Made by a program: the position numbers and the translations under genes
Shown: positions 10,033 to 19,393 of the stretch, piece after piece
Layout of the letters: each line of letters begins with the position of its first letter
How positions within the stretch are numbered: position 1 is the first letter of the stretch
The notes under the pieces: model-generated
What the model saw: only the letters and a program-made list of their open reading frames with translations
The model's database searches: none
Told to the model about the DNA's origin: nothing
Assembly: GCA_963727485.1 (NCBI GenBank)
Contig: CAVSGM010000005.1
Location: 93,635 to 157,634, forward strand
Direction: 5' to 3'
From: an uncultured delta proteobacterium
GTDB lineage: Bacteria; Myxococcota; Myxococcia; SLRQ01
Length of the DNA: 64,000 nucleotides

Positions 10033-12207
10033 ATGCGCACTCGCCCCACGCCTCGTCTCCTGATCCTCGTCCTCGGCCTGGCCCTCGTCGGCACCGCCTG
10101 CGGCAGCGTCGCCCCGGCGCCCCCGGCGCGCCTCGACGGCGGCGGCGGGACCGGAGGCGACGGCGGCACCGTGACCGACGGCGGGACGACGAGCGATGGC
10201 GGGGCGACCAGCGACGGCGGGACCACGGGTGACGGCGGCACCGTGACCGACGGCGGGACGACCACGGACGGCGGGACGACCACGGACGGCGGGACGAGCA
10301 CCGACGGCGGCACCACCACCACGGATGGCGGGACGACCACCGACGGCGGCACCCCCACCGACGGCGGCACCACGAGCTGCACCATCGACGCCGCCTCGGC
10401 CGTCACCGCCACCAGCAGCTGCCTCACCCTGAACGCCGGGGCCCAGGCCGTGGTCGCCGTGAGCCTGGTCGACGGCAACGGAAACCCCCTCACCGGGGCC
10501 ACGGTCACCTTCAACACCACCGGCGATCCGGCGACCTGGGTGGAGCCGGCGGTGGTCGAGTCCACCGGCAAGCCCGGGACCTACTACCGGACCCTGGCCT
10601 CGCCCATCGGCGGCACCAGCACCACCGTGAGCGTCAGCGCCAGCGCCTGCGGCCAGGACGTCACCCTGACCCAGACGGTCACGGTCACCTACGCCCCGGC
10701 GGTGGGCTTCGCCCAGGGTGGCACCGGGGGCTGCTCGCCCCAGGACGGGAACGTCCGCGTCCGGGTGATCGACCCGGCCACCGGCCAGCCCATCCAGGGT
10801 GCCTTCGTGATGGTCGGCAACCAGCCCGACGCCGCCGCCTTTACCTCCGACTACGAGACCTGGCTCACCGGCGGCACCGGGAGCGGGGCCAACACCGCCA
10901 CCACCGACGCCCAGGGCTACGCCCTCTTCTCCGACGTGAGCTCGGGCCTCGACGGCGCCAAGACCATCACCGCCGGCGCCGCCAACCGGGCCTACATGAC
11001 CCTCGAGGGCGTGGGCACCTCCGACGTGGTCCTGCCCCTGCCGCTCACCAGCCCCGCGGTGCAGACCGCGAGCCTCCAGGGAACCTCCACCCCGGCCTAC
11101 GTCACCAACACCGACAACAATGTCGAGGTGGCCTTGGTGGGGCCGCCCCAGGGGCTCTCCGCCTTCGCCGACTTCAACCTCGGGGACCTCCTGGGGGCCG
11201 ACCGGCCCACCACCGTGGGCGGCACCGGCTGCTTCGTGAACCAGACCCTGCAAATCCCCGGAAACGTCGAGGTGCCCGCCCAGAGCCTGGGCGCCTGCCA
11301 GATCACCGCCACCCCGCCCGAGTGGACCGTCACCGTGCCTCAGGCGGCCGCCACCGATCTCGTCTCGCTCCAGGCCCACGCCAATCCCCTGAGCCTCGGC
11401 GGCGGGGGCACCACCGCGCTCCTCGCGGCCCTGCAGCTCGACCAGCTCGGCCTGCTCACCGGGCAGGACGCCACCCAGGACCACACGGGCCTGACCATCG
11501 ACCTCACTGCCGCCCTCTCGGCCACCATGCCGGTCCGGATCACCGGGGCGCCCCAGGGCGATCTCTACGCCTTCGCTCTCGGCGACCTCGACGGGCTCAA
11601 CGGCACCGGCCGCCTGGCCATCGAGGGCCTCTCGGTGACCCGAAACCGCACCCTCGCCAACCCCACCCTCACCACCGCCGCGGCGGCGGGCGGCCTCACC
11701 GGGATGCGCCACCTGGCCGTCGCCATCGACCGCATCCGGGGCGGCGGGACCTCGACCCTCCTCGACCGCGTGACCACCGGCCCCACGGCGAGGCGCACCT
11801 TCCAGGGCTTCTTCAACGCCCCCCAGGCGGCCATCACCACCGGCACCTTCCACTGGAACGACGTCCACACCCCGCAGAGCCCCCCGGACTACAGCCTCGC
11901 CCGGTCGGTCCTGGCGCGGCTCACGCCGCTGAACGCCTACCAGGACCAGAGCGAGCCCTTCTGGATCGTCTACACCCCGTCGGGGACCCGGTCGTTCGCC
12001 CTGCCCACCCTCCCGAGCTCGGCGCCCCGGGCGAGCGACAACGGCTACCTGGTCCCGGACAGCACCCTGAACCAGACCAACAGCTGGCACCTCGGGCTCT
12101 ACTATCTGGGGCTGGCCCCGGGGACCGTGGACCTGGCGAGCTTCGAGCTCGCGTCCACGATCCCCGAGGTGACCCAGACGGCGGGTGACGACGTCACCCT
12201 GCCGTGA
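10033..12207 (+). CDS. Surface lipoprotein with DGGTT-repeat linker, Big_1-like and carboxypeptidase-regulatory-like domains
   Basis: GGAGG RBS; lipobox LVGTAC; VSLVDGNGNPLTGATVTF; VRVIDPATGQPIQGAFV...TTDAQGYA. Confidence 0.7.
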   Translation: MRTRPTPRLLILVLGLALVGTACGSVAPAPPARLDGGGGTGGDGGTVTDGGTTSDGGATSDGGTTGDGGTVTDGGTTTDGGTTTDGGTSTDGGTTTTDGGTTTDGGTPTDGGTTSCTIDAASAVTATSSCLTLNAGAQAVVAVSLVDGNGNPLTGATVTFNTTGDPATWVEPAVVESTGKPGTYYRTLASPIGGTSTTVSVSASACGQDVTLTQTVTVTYAPAVGFAQGGTGGCSPQDGNVRVRVIDPATGQPIQGAFVMVGNQPDAAAFTSDYETWLTGGTGSGANTATTDAQGYALFSDVSSGLDGAKTITAGAANRAYMTLEGVGTSDVVLPLPLTSPAVQTASLQGTSTPAYVTNTDNNVEVALVGPPQGLSAFADFNLGDLLGADRPTTVGGTGCFVNQTLQIPGNVEVPAQSLGACQITATPPEWTVTVPQAAATDLVSLQAHANPLSLGGGGTTALLAALQLDQLGLLTGQDATQDHTGLTIDLTAALSATMPVRITGAPQGDLYAFALGDLDGLNGTGRLAIEGLSVTRNRTLANPTLTTAAAAGGLTGMRHLAVAIDRIRGGGTSTLLDRVTTGPTARRTFQGFFNAPQAAITTGTFHWNDVHTPQSPPDYSLARSVLARLTPLNAYQDQSEPFWIVYTPSGTRSFALPTLPSSAPRASDNGYLVPDSTLNQTNSWHLGLYYLGLAPGTVDLASFELASTIPEVTQTAGDDVTLP
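10135..10375 (+). repeat. Imperfect tandem ~18-bp repeat encoding about 13 (T/S)DGG(T/A)T units
   Basis: Recurrent accgacggcggc/acggacggcgggacg; protein GDGGTVTDGGTTSDGG... Confidence 0.9.
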
Positions 12208-13638
12208 TCACTGGAAGAACGACCAGGGCAGCGACGCCGTGGCGCTGCCCTGCCCCCAGAAGAGGGCCGTCTGGGCGGTGCCGTCCAGGGTGATCTTCCA
12301 CAGGTAGCGGGCCCCGCTGGCCTGCTGCTGCTTGACGATGTTGCCGGCGGGGTCGTAGCCCACGACGTCGAAGGCCAGCCGGTTGTCGTAGTAGCTGAAC
12401 GCCCAGAAGGTCGAGGTGCCGCACTTCACCACAGGGCAGATCACGCCGGTGGTGCTGTTGGGGCCGCTGACGCAGAAGACGCTGGTTCCGGTGGGCCTCT
12501 TCGCGGGCGCGTTGCCGTCCGTGGTCACCGAGGGGGTGCAGGCCACGCAGGCCCCGCCGGCGCAGTCCTGGTTGCCGGCGCACACCGTCCCGCAGCCGCC
12601 GCAGTTGTTCCGGTCGTTCTGCAGGTTGGCGCAGAAGTTGGCGGCGCCACCGGTTCCGGCGCAGGTGGTCTCGCCGGCGGCGCAGGCCACGGCGCAGGTG
12701 CCGCTGTCACAGATCTGGCCGCTGCCGCAGGCGTGGCCGCAGGTCCCGCAGTTCGCCGGGTCGGAGCCCGTGTCGGCGCAGTAGCTCGCACCGCTGGCGG
12801 GGGTGCAGAGGGTCAGCGAGGCGCTGCACACCGTGGTGCAGGTCCCGGTCACGCAGGCCTGGTCGGCGGGGCAGGCGTTGCCGCAGGTGCCGCAGTTGGC
12901 GTTGTCGGTGTCGGTGTTGGCGCAGTAGGCGGCGCCGCTCGCGTCGGTGCACTGGGTCTGGCTGGCCGGGCAGGTGGTCTGGCAGGCACCGCCGGTGCAG
13001 ACCTGGTCGGCGGGGCAGGCGTTGCCGCAGGTGCCGCAGTTGGCGTTGTCGGTGTCGGTGTTGGCGCAGTAGGCGGCGCCGCTCGCGTCGGTGCACTGGG
13101 TCTGGGCCGAGGGGCAGGTGGTCTGGCAGGTGCCGCCGGTGCAGGCCTGGTCGGCGGGGCAGGCGTTGCCGCAGGTGCCGCAGTTGGCGTTGTCGGTGTC
13201 GGTGTTGGCGCAGTAGGCGGCGCCGCTCGCGTCGGTGCACATGGTCTGCGACGACGGGCAGGTGGTCTGGCAGGTGCCGCCGGTGCAGACCTGGTCGGCG
13301 GGGCAGGCGTTGCCGCAGGTGCCGCAGTTGGCGTTGTCGGTGTCGGTGTTGGCGCAGTAGCCACCGCCGCTCGCGTCGGTGCACTGGGTCTGGGAGGTGG
13401 GGCAGGTGGTCTGGCAGCTGCCGCTGGCGCAGACCTCGCCGGCGGCGCAGGCGTGGCCGCAGGCGCCACAGTTGGCGCTGTCGGTCTTGGGGTTGGTGCA
13501 GGTGGCGCCGCACTGGAGCTGGCCGGTGGGACAGGCTCCGGCGTCGCTGCCGCCGGCGGTCTGGCTGGAGCCACAGCCGGCGAAGAGGAGCAGGCCGAAG
13601 GTGGCCACAACGGTGGTGAGTGTCGCTGAGCGGGTCAA
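12208..13638 (-). CDS. Cysteine-rich repeat lipoprotein (myxobacterial CGxCGxxC repeat family) with a distinct non-Cys C-terminal domain
   Basis: Probable TTG start at 13638 after GAAGGA; lipobox LLFAGC; seven DxxNCGxCGxxC modules; C-terminus FWAFSYYDNR...GARYLWKI. Confidence 0.8.
   Translation of the reverse strand: MTRSATLTTVVATFGLLLFAGCGSSQTAGGSDAGACPTGQLQCGATCTNPKTDSANCGACGHACAAGEVCASGSCQTTCPTSQTQCTDASGGGYCANTDTDNANCGTCGNACPADQVCTGGTCQTTCPSSQTMCTDASGAAYCANTDTDNANCGTCGNACPADQACTGGTCQTTCPSAQTQCTDASGAAYCANTDTDNANCGTCGNACPADQVCTGGACQTTCPASQTQCTDASGAAYCANTDTDNANCGTCGNACPADQACVTGTCTTVCSASLTLCTPASGASYCADTGSDPANCGTCGHACGSGQICDSGTCAVACAAGETTCAGTGGAANFCANLQNDRNNCGGCGTVCAGNQDCAGGACVACTPSVTTDGNAPAKRPTGTSVFCVSGPNSTTGVICPVVKCGTSTFWAFSYYDNRLAFDVVGYDPAGNIVKQQQASGARYLWKITLDGTAQTALFWGQGSATASLPWSFFQ
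12852..13430 (-). repeat. Four near-identical 144-bp (48-aa) tandem repeats
   Basis: gttgtcggtgtcggtgttggcgcagtag recurs at 12901, 13045, 13189 and 13333 (period 144). Confidence 0.95.
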
Positions 13639-13690
13639 GGAGTGTCCTTCCAAGGTGAGTGGGTTTGCTGCACGGATGGGCAGCGTAGGC

Positions 13691-13719
13691 TTGGTAGAGG
13701 GCAGCCGTACCCGTGTCAA
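13691..13719 (-). promoter_or_regulatory. sigma70-type promoter for the Cys-rich lipoprotein
   Basis: TTGACA-N17-TACCAA on the minus strand. Confidence 0.5.
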
Positions 13720-13825
13720 CGCGGGGATCCCTTGGGGGGCGGGGGTGTGGGCGGCCGCCGAGTGGCCTTGGGGACACGCCCTTCGGGGGTGCCGGGGCTC
13801 GATCCGTGGACCTATATTGCTTCCC

Positions 13826-14209
13826 ATGGCCGCCCCCATCCGCATCGCCGTCCTCGACGATCAGCCCGCCGCCGGCGTCGCCGCCCGGGAGACCCTGGGA
13901 GCGCTGGGCTACGACGTCCGCACCGCCACCTCCCTGCCCGAGTTCGAGGCCATGGTCGACCGGTTCGACCCCCAGGTGATCCTCCTCGACGTGCGGATGC
14001 CCGACGTCCCCGGCGACGTGGTCTGCCAGGCCCTGAAGAAGAACGTGACCACCGCCAACACCCCGATCCTCCTCTACTCCTCGCTGGCCGAGGCGGCGCT
14101 CGCGCGCCACGTCCGCCGGGCCGGGGCCGACGGCTACATCTGCAAGACCTGGGGCCCCGAGGCCCTCAAGGCCCGCCTCGAGGCCCTCGCCGACGAGGTC
14201 CTCTTCTAG
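13826..14209 (+). CDS. Single-domain response regulator (REC)
   Basis: IAVLDD, ILLDVRMP (phospho-acceptor Asp), ILLYSS, GADGYICK. Confidence 0.9.
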   Translation: MAAPIRIAVLDDQPAAGVAARETLGALGYDVRTATSLPEFEAMVDRFDPQVILLDVRMPDVPGDVVCQALKKNVTTANTPILLYSSLAEAALARHVRRAGADGYICKTWGPEALKARLEALADEVLF

Positions 14210-14279
14210 CCGCCGGCTCGCCTCTGCGGTCCCCAAAGCCTTTGCGCCGGGGCCGGGGGTCGGCTAGACGGGTGGGGCC

Positions 14280-16328
14280 ATGGCAGCCACCGACCGCAAG
14301 GAACGGATCCTGGTCACCGCCGCGCTCCCGTACGCCAACGGGCCGGCACACCTGGGTCATCTCGTCGAGTACATCCAGACCGACATCTACGTCCGGTTCC
14401 TCAAGCTCACCGGGCACGACGTCATCTACGTCTGCGCCGACGACACCCACGGGGCGCCCATCGAGATCAACGCCCGGAGCCAGGGGATTGCCCCCGAGGA
14501 GCTCGTGGCGCGGTTCCACGAGAGCCACGCCCGGGACTTCGCCGACTTCGGCGTCGACTTCGACGTCTTCTACACCACCCACTCCGACGAGAACCGGCGG
14601 TGGGCCACGCGCATCTACGAGGCCCTGCGCGACGGCGGGCATGTCACCGAGCGGACCACCGAGCAGCTCTACTGCGAGACCGACGAGCGCTTCCTCCCGG
14701 ACCGCTTCGTCAAGGGCACCTGCCCCAAGTGCAAGAGCCCGGACCAGTACGGTGACGTCTGCGAGAAGTGCGGTGCCACCTACGAGCCCACCGAGCTCCT
14801 CGACCCCCGCTGCGCCCTCTGCGGGGCCACCCCGGTGCGCCGGGAGTCGACCCACCTCTACGTGCAGCTCGACCACTTCCGGGCCTTCCTCAAGGGGTGG
14901 ACCGCCGGCGGGACCCTCCAGCCCGAGATCCGCAACTTCGTCGAGAGCTGGCTCGCCGAGAAGCTCCACGACTGGTGCGTCACCCGCGACGGGCCCTACT
15001 TCGGCTTCGAGGTCCCCGACCGGCCGGGCAAGTACTTCTACGTGTGGCTGGACGCGCCGATCGGCTACATCAGCTCCACCGAGCACTGGGCCGCCGGCCA
15101 CGACGCCGACGTCGCCGACTACTGGGAGCGCCCCGGGGCGCGGATCATCCACTTCATCGGCAAGGACATCGTGTACTTCCACACCCTGTTCTGGCCGGCG
15201 ATGCTCGAGGGGGCGAACCTGGCGCTCCCCAGCCGGGTGGTGGTCCACGGGATGCTCACCATCAACGGCGAGAAGATGAGCAAGAGCCGGGGCACCTTCA
15301 TCAACGCCCGGGACTACCTCGACCACCTCGACCCCGAGTGGCTGCGCTACTACTACGCCGGGAACCTCTCGGCGCGCCCCGACGATCTCGACCTCAACCT
15401 CGAGGACTTCCGCCACCGCCTCAACGCCGAGCTGGTGAACAACGTGGCCAACCTCGCCCATCGGGCGGTGAGCTTCGCCGAGAAGTACCTCGACGGGCGC
15501 ATCGGCACCCCGGCGGACCCGGCGCTCGCCGAGGAGGCCATGGGGCACCTGGCCGCCATCCGGGACCACTACGAGTCCCTGGAGTTCCGCAAGGCCATCC
15601 GCGAGGTGAACCTCCTCGCCGACCTGGGCAACCGCTACTTCCAGGATCGCGAGCCGTGGAAGGCCCGGCACACCGACCTCGAGAACGCCCGGGCCACGGT
15701 GACCGAGTGCGTGAACGTGGCGCGGCTGCTGGCCCTGGCCCTCAAGCCGGTGGTGCCGAAGTTCACCGCCAAGGTCGAGGGGATCCTGGGCTGCGGGGAG
15801 CTCGTGTGGGACGAGGTCGCCTTCGACTTCGGGGACCGGACGCTGGGGCCCGCCGAGCCCCTCGCCGAGAAGGTCGAGCCCGAGCGGGTGGCGGCGCTGC
15901 TGGCGAGCCAGGTCGAGGCCGGCAAGCCGCCCGAGAAGGCCGCGGCGCCCGAGAAGGCCGCGGGCGAGGAGAAGCCGGCGGCCGCCGACGAGGGCCCGGC
16001 CACCATCGACTTCGACGCCTTCACCGCCGTGGACCTCCGGGTGGGTCTCGTCCAGGCGGCCGAGAGGGTGAAGAAGGCCGACAAGCTCCTCCAGCTCACC
16101 GTCGACCTCGGCGAGGCCGAGCCGCGGACCATCGTCGCCGGCCTGGCGCTCGCCTACGCCCCCGAGGACCTGGTGGGCAAGCGGGTGGTCGTCGTCGCCA
16201 ACCTGGCGCCCCGGAAGCTCCGGGGCATCGTCAGCCAGGGGATGATCCTCGCCGCCGGCCCGGGTGGCGCGGATCTCCAGGTCGCCGAGGTGGGCGGCGA
16301 GGTGGCCCCGGGCACCCGGGTGAAGTGA
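14280..16328 (+). CDS. metG: Methionine--tRNA ligase with C-terminal tRNA-binding domain
   Basis: ALPYANGPAHLGH (HIGH), Zn knuckles, YVWLDAPIGY, KMSKS, C-terminal OB fold. Confidence 0.98.
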   Translation: MAATDRKERILVTAALPYANGPAHLGHLVEYIQTDIYVRFLKLTGHDVIYVCADDTHGAPIEINARSQGIAPEELVARFHESHARDFADFGVDFDVFYTTHSDENRRWATRIYEALRDGGHVTERTTEQLYCETDERFLPDRFVKGTCPKCKSPDQYGDVCEKCGATYEPTELLDPRCALCGATPVRRESTHLYVQLDHFRAFLKGWTAGGTLQPEIRNFVESWLAEKLHDWCVTRDGPYFGFEVPDRPGKYFYVWLDAPIGYISSTEHWAAGHDADVADYWERPGARIIHFIGKDIVYFHTLFWPAMLEGANLALPSRVVVHGMLTINGEKMSKSRGTFINARDYLDHLDPEWLRYYYAGNLSARPDDLDLNLEDFRHRLNAELVNNVANLAHRAVSFAEKYLDGRIGTPADPALAEEAMGHLAAIRDHYESLEFRKAIREVNLLADLGNRYFQDREPWKARHTDLENARATVTECVNVARLLALALKPVVPKFTAKVEGILGCGELVWDEVAFDFGDRTLGPAEPLAEKVEPERVAALLASQVEAGKPPEKAAAPEKAAGEEKPAAADEGPATIDFDAFTAVDLRVGLVQAAERVKKADKLLQLTVDLGEAEPRTIVAGLALAYAPEDLVGKRVVVVANLAPRKLRGIVSQGMILAAGPGGADLQVAEVGGEVAPGTRVK

Positions 16329-16332
16329 CGCC

Positions 16333-17046
16333 GTGCCGAGCCTCTGGTCCCATGTCCCGGTCAGCGTGGATCGCGTCGACCCCGAGCTCCTCGAGGCCGA
16401 CACCGCCACCCTCCTGGAGATCCTCGACACCGAGGATCACGGCCAGCGCGCCGCCGCCGCCTGCGCCCTGGCCCTCCGCGGCGACCCCCGGGCCCTCGAC
16501 GCCCTCATCGACTGCCTGAAGGTGAAGGCCCTGCGCTACCCCTGTCTCGAGGCCCTGCGACACCTCGACGACCGGCGGGCGGTGCCGTCGGTCCGCGCCC
16601 TCTTCGAGAAGCGCTTCCTCTCGGTCTTCGACCGGACCCAGGCGGCGGGGCTCCTGGCCCAGCAGGGGGACGAGGCCGGGCGCCGGCACCTCCTGGTGCG
16701 CCTGGGCCGGCGCCGGCGTGACGACGACCGGGGCCTGGCCATCGAGCTCGCCGCCGACCTGAAGCTCGACGAGGCCGTTCCCGAGCTCGAGACCATCGCC
16801 GCCGACCCGAGGGACCTGTTCCGGGGCGCCGCCCTCAAGGCCCTGGCCACCCTGCGGCCCGGGGCCACCCGCCCGCGGCTGGTGGCGCTGGTCACCAACG
16901 CCGAAGAGGACCCGGACGTCCGCGCCGACGCCGCCGAGGCCCTCCACGCCCTCGGCGGCGCGGGGGTGCGCGAGGCCCTCGAGGTGGCCGCGGGCGGCGA
17001 CGACGCCGAGCTCGCCGAGGTGGCCCGGGGGCTCCTCGACGCCTGA
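16333..17046 (+). CDS. HEAT/PBS-repeat protein
   Basis: Repeated RAAAACALALRGDPRALDALI, DVRADAAEALHALG helical motifs. Confidence 0.8.
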   Translation: MPSLWSHVPVSVDRVDPELLEADTATLLEILDTEDHGQRAAAACALALRGDPRALDALIDCLKVKALRYPCLEALRHLDDRRAVPSVRALFEKRFLSVFDRTQAAGLLAQQGDEAGRRHLLVRLGRRRRDDDRGLAIELAADLKLDEAVPELETIAADPRDLFRGAALKALATLRPGATRPRLVALVTNAEEDPDVRADAAEALHALGGAGVREALEVAAGGDDAELAEVARGLLDA

Positions 17047-17068
17047 AGCCGACCCGGGAGTCAAGCCC

Positions 17069-18031
17069 ATGTTCGTCGACGCCCACACCCACCTCGACCC
17101 CGACTACTACGACGACGGCCCCGAGGCGGTCATCGCCCGGGCCCACGCCGCCGCGGTGGATCAGCTGGTGGTCGTCGGCTGCGGGGTCGAGGCCTCGCGC
17201 CACGCCGTGGCCCTCGCCGAGCGCCACCCGGGCCGTCTCTTCGCCGCCGTGGGCATCCATCCCCACGACGCCGGGAAGATGACCGACGCCGACTTCGACG
17301 CCATCGGCGAGCTGGCGCGGCGCCCCGAGACCGTGGCCGTGGGCGAGACCGGCCTCGACTACTACTACGACCACTCGCCCCACGAGGTGCAGCAGGCCGC
17401 CTTCGCCCGCTTCTGCCGCCTGGCGAAGGACGTGGGCAAGCCGGTGGTGGTCCACACCCGGGACGCCGAGGCGGACACGGTGCGGATCCTCGAGGCCGAG
17501 GGCCCGTTCCCCGCAGGCGGGCAGATCCACTGCTTCACCGGCACCCCGGCCCTCGCGGGCCCGGCCCTGGCCCTGGGCTTCCACGTGAGCCTCGCGGGGG
17601 TCATCACCTTCGCCAGCGCCGACGCCCTGCGCGCCGCGGTGGCCGAGGTGCCCCTGGACCGGCTCCTGGTGGAGACCGACGCGCCGTACCTCACCCCGGC
17701 GCCGTTCCGGGGGCGGAAGAACGAGGCGATGTTCGTCCCCACGGTGGCCGCGAAGATCGGCGAGCTCAAGGGGGTGCCCTTCGCCGAGGCGGCGCGGGCC
17801 ACCTCCGAGAACGCCCGGCGCCTCTTCCGGCTCCCCGAGGTCGACCCGGCGCCCTGGTTCGCGTTTGCCGCCGGCCGGGTCCTCCACCTCAACGGCGCCG
17901 CCAATCCCGAGGCGGTGCGCGAGGCGGCGGCGCAGGTCACCCTGAAGAAGGTCCGCCAGGTGGCGGTCCACGGCGGGGGCGCGCCCCCCGAGTGGGTCCG
18001 GGAGCGTGGCCTCGAGGTGGTGGAGGCGTAA
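17069..18031 (+). CDS. tatD: TatD family hydrolase/nuclease with ~60-aa C-terminal extension
   Basis: DAHTHLD, GIHPH, VGETGLDY, HTRDA, HCFTG, ETDAPYL. Confidence 0.93.
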   Translation: MFVDAHTHLDPDYYDDGPEAVIARAHAAAVDQLVVVGCGVEASRHAVALAERHPGRLFAAVGIHPHDAGKMTDADFDAIGELARRPETVAVGETGLDYYYDHSPHEVQQAAFARFCRLAKDVGKPVVVHTRDAEADTVRILEAEGPFPAGGQIHCFTGTPALAGPALALGFHVSLAGVITFASADALRAAVAEVPLDRLLVETDAPYLTPAPFRGRKNEAMFVPTVAAKIGELKGVPFAEAARATSENARRLFRLPEVDPAPWFAFAAGRVLHLNGAANPEAVREAAAQVTLKKVRQVAVHGGGAPPEWVRERGLEVVEA

Positions 18032-18107
18032 GGTCGGCCCGGGTGCGTTCCCGGCGCCGGTGCCTACGCTGCGACGCGGGCCACGAGAAGGCCCCAGGAG
18101 CCCCTGC

Positions 18108-19355
18108 ATGTACGAACACCTGCTCTCCGACGAAGCCCGGAAGGTCCGGGACGAGGTCCGCGACCTCGTCGCCTGGGTCCCCCGCCAGATGATCCTCGAC
18201 ATGGACGCGGAGAAGATCCGCTTCCCCCGGGAGTTCCTCGCCGAGGCCGGCCGGCGCAACCTCCTCGGCGTCCGCTACCCCAAGCAGTGGGGCGGCCGGG
18301 GCCTCGACTGGGTCACCACCTGCATGGTCATGGAGGAGGTCGGCGTCCTCGGCTACATCTTCGCCTGCACCTTCGGGGTCGGCGCCGAGCTGGTCTGCGA
18401 CGCCATCCTCAAGCACGGCACCGACGCCCAGAAGGAGAAGTACGTGAGGCCGCTGTTGGCCGGCGAGCGCTTCGCCGCCGAGGGGCTCACCGAGCCGCGC
18501 GGGGGCTCGGACTTCTTCGGCACCTCCACCACCGCCGTGGACGCGGGCGACCACTACGTCTTGAACGGCCAGAAGCGGTTCATCGTCGGCGCCGAGGGGG
18601 CGGACTTCTTCCTGGTCTACGCCCGCACCGACCCCGACGCCGAGCCCCACAAGGGCATCTCGGCGTTCATCGTCGACCGGGGTCCGGGGGTGGAGGTCCA
18701 CTACCTCTACGGCCTCATGGGGGCGAGGGGCGGCGGCACCGGGCGCGTGGTGTTCAAGGACGCGAAGGTCCCCAAGGAGAACGTGGTCGGCCAGCTCAAC
18801 GGCGGGGTGAAGGTCTTCGAGACCATGATGATCCCCGAGCGCCTGGGCACCGCGGCCATGACCATCGGGCCGGCGCGGGCGGCCCTGGAGGTGGCCGGCG
18901 GCTACACCACCCGGCGCCGGGCCTTCGGCCAGACCATCAACACCTTCGAGGGGGTGAGCTTCCAGGTCGCCGAGGCCTCGATGCTCCTCGATGCGGCCAC
19001 CTCGCTGGTCTACACCACCGCCCACGGGGTCGACGCCGGCGAGGACCGCCACGTCATCCGGCGGCACATCAGCGAGACCAAGAAGTTCGTCACCGAGAGC
19101 TGCCAGAAGGTGGTGCACAACGCCATGCAGGTCATGGGCGGCATCGGCTACACCAACGTCTACCCGGTGGAGCGCATCCACCGGGACCTGCGCCTGGCGT
19201 CGATCTGGACCGGGACCAACGAGGTGATGAGCATGATCATCGCCCACGAGTGGTACCGGGAGTACGCCGAGGCGCGCAAGCGCAAGGCCCCCTGGCGCGA
19301 CTACGAGGCCGACGCCGCCGAGGCCGAGGCCGAGGGCGAGAAGATCTACGAGTAG
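18108..19355 (+). CDS. Acyl-CoA dehydrogenase
   Basis: LTEPRGGSD, LNGQKRFI, RRAFGQTI, QVMGGIGY, IWTGTNEV; AGGAG RBS before the ATG at 18108. Confidence 0.92.
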   Translation: MYEHLLSDEARKVRDEVRDLVAWVPRQMILDMDAEKIRFPREFLAEAGRRNLLGVRYPKQWGGRGLDWVTTCMVMEEVGVLGYIFACTFGVGAELVCDAILKHGTDAQKEKYVRPLLAGERFAAEGLTEPRGGSDFFGTSTTAVDAGDHYVLNGQKRFIVGAEGADFFLVYARTDPDAEPHKGISAFIVDRGPGVEVHYLYGLMGARGGGTGRVVFKDAKVPKENVVGQLNGGVKVFETMMIPERLGTAAMTIGPARAALEVAGGYTTRRRAFGQTINTFEGVSFQVAEASMLLDAATSLVYTTAHGVDAGEDRHVIRRHISETKKFVTESCQKVVHNAMQVMGGIGYTNVYPVERIHRDLRLASIWTGTNEVMSMIIAHEWYREYAEARKRKAPWRDYEADAAEAEAEGEKIYE

Positions 19356-19393
19356 GCGCGCGGCCGGCCGGCGCCCGCCGTGCCCGGCGGCGC

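Noticed and set aside
7696..12090. 1464-aa minus-strand ORF and similar long antisense ORFs (e.g. 14166..16430, the upper part of 37579..42339, 44317..47380)
   Set aside because: Shadow ORFs opposite clear genes, expected at this GC content; no recognisable motifs.
12852..13430. Regular repeats as a possible CRISPR array or DGR template
   Set aside because: The units are contiguous in-frame 144-bp coding repeats with no unique spacers; no cas or reverse-transcriptase gene is present.
9999..13699. Identical 12-mer GGCTTGGTAGAG near both lipoprotein promoters
   Set aside because: It lies in opposite orientation relative to the two genes and overlaps different candidate -10 elements; treated as coincidence.
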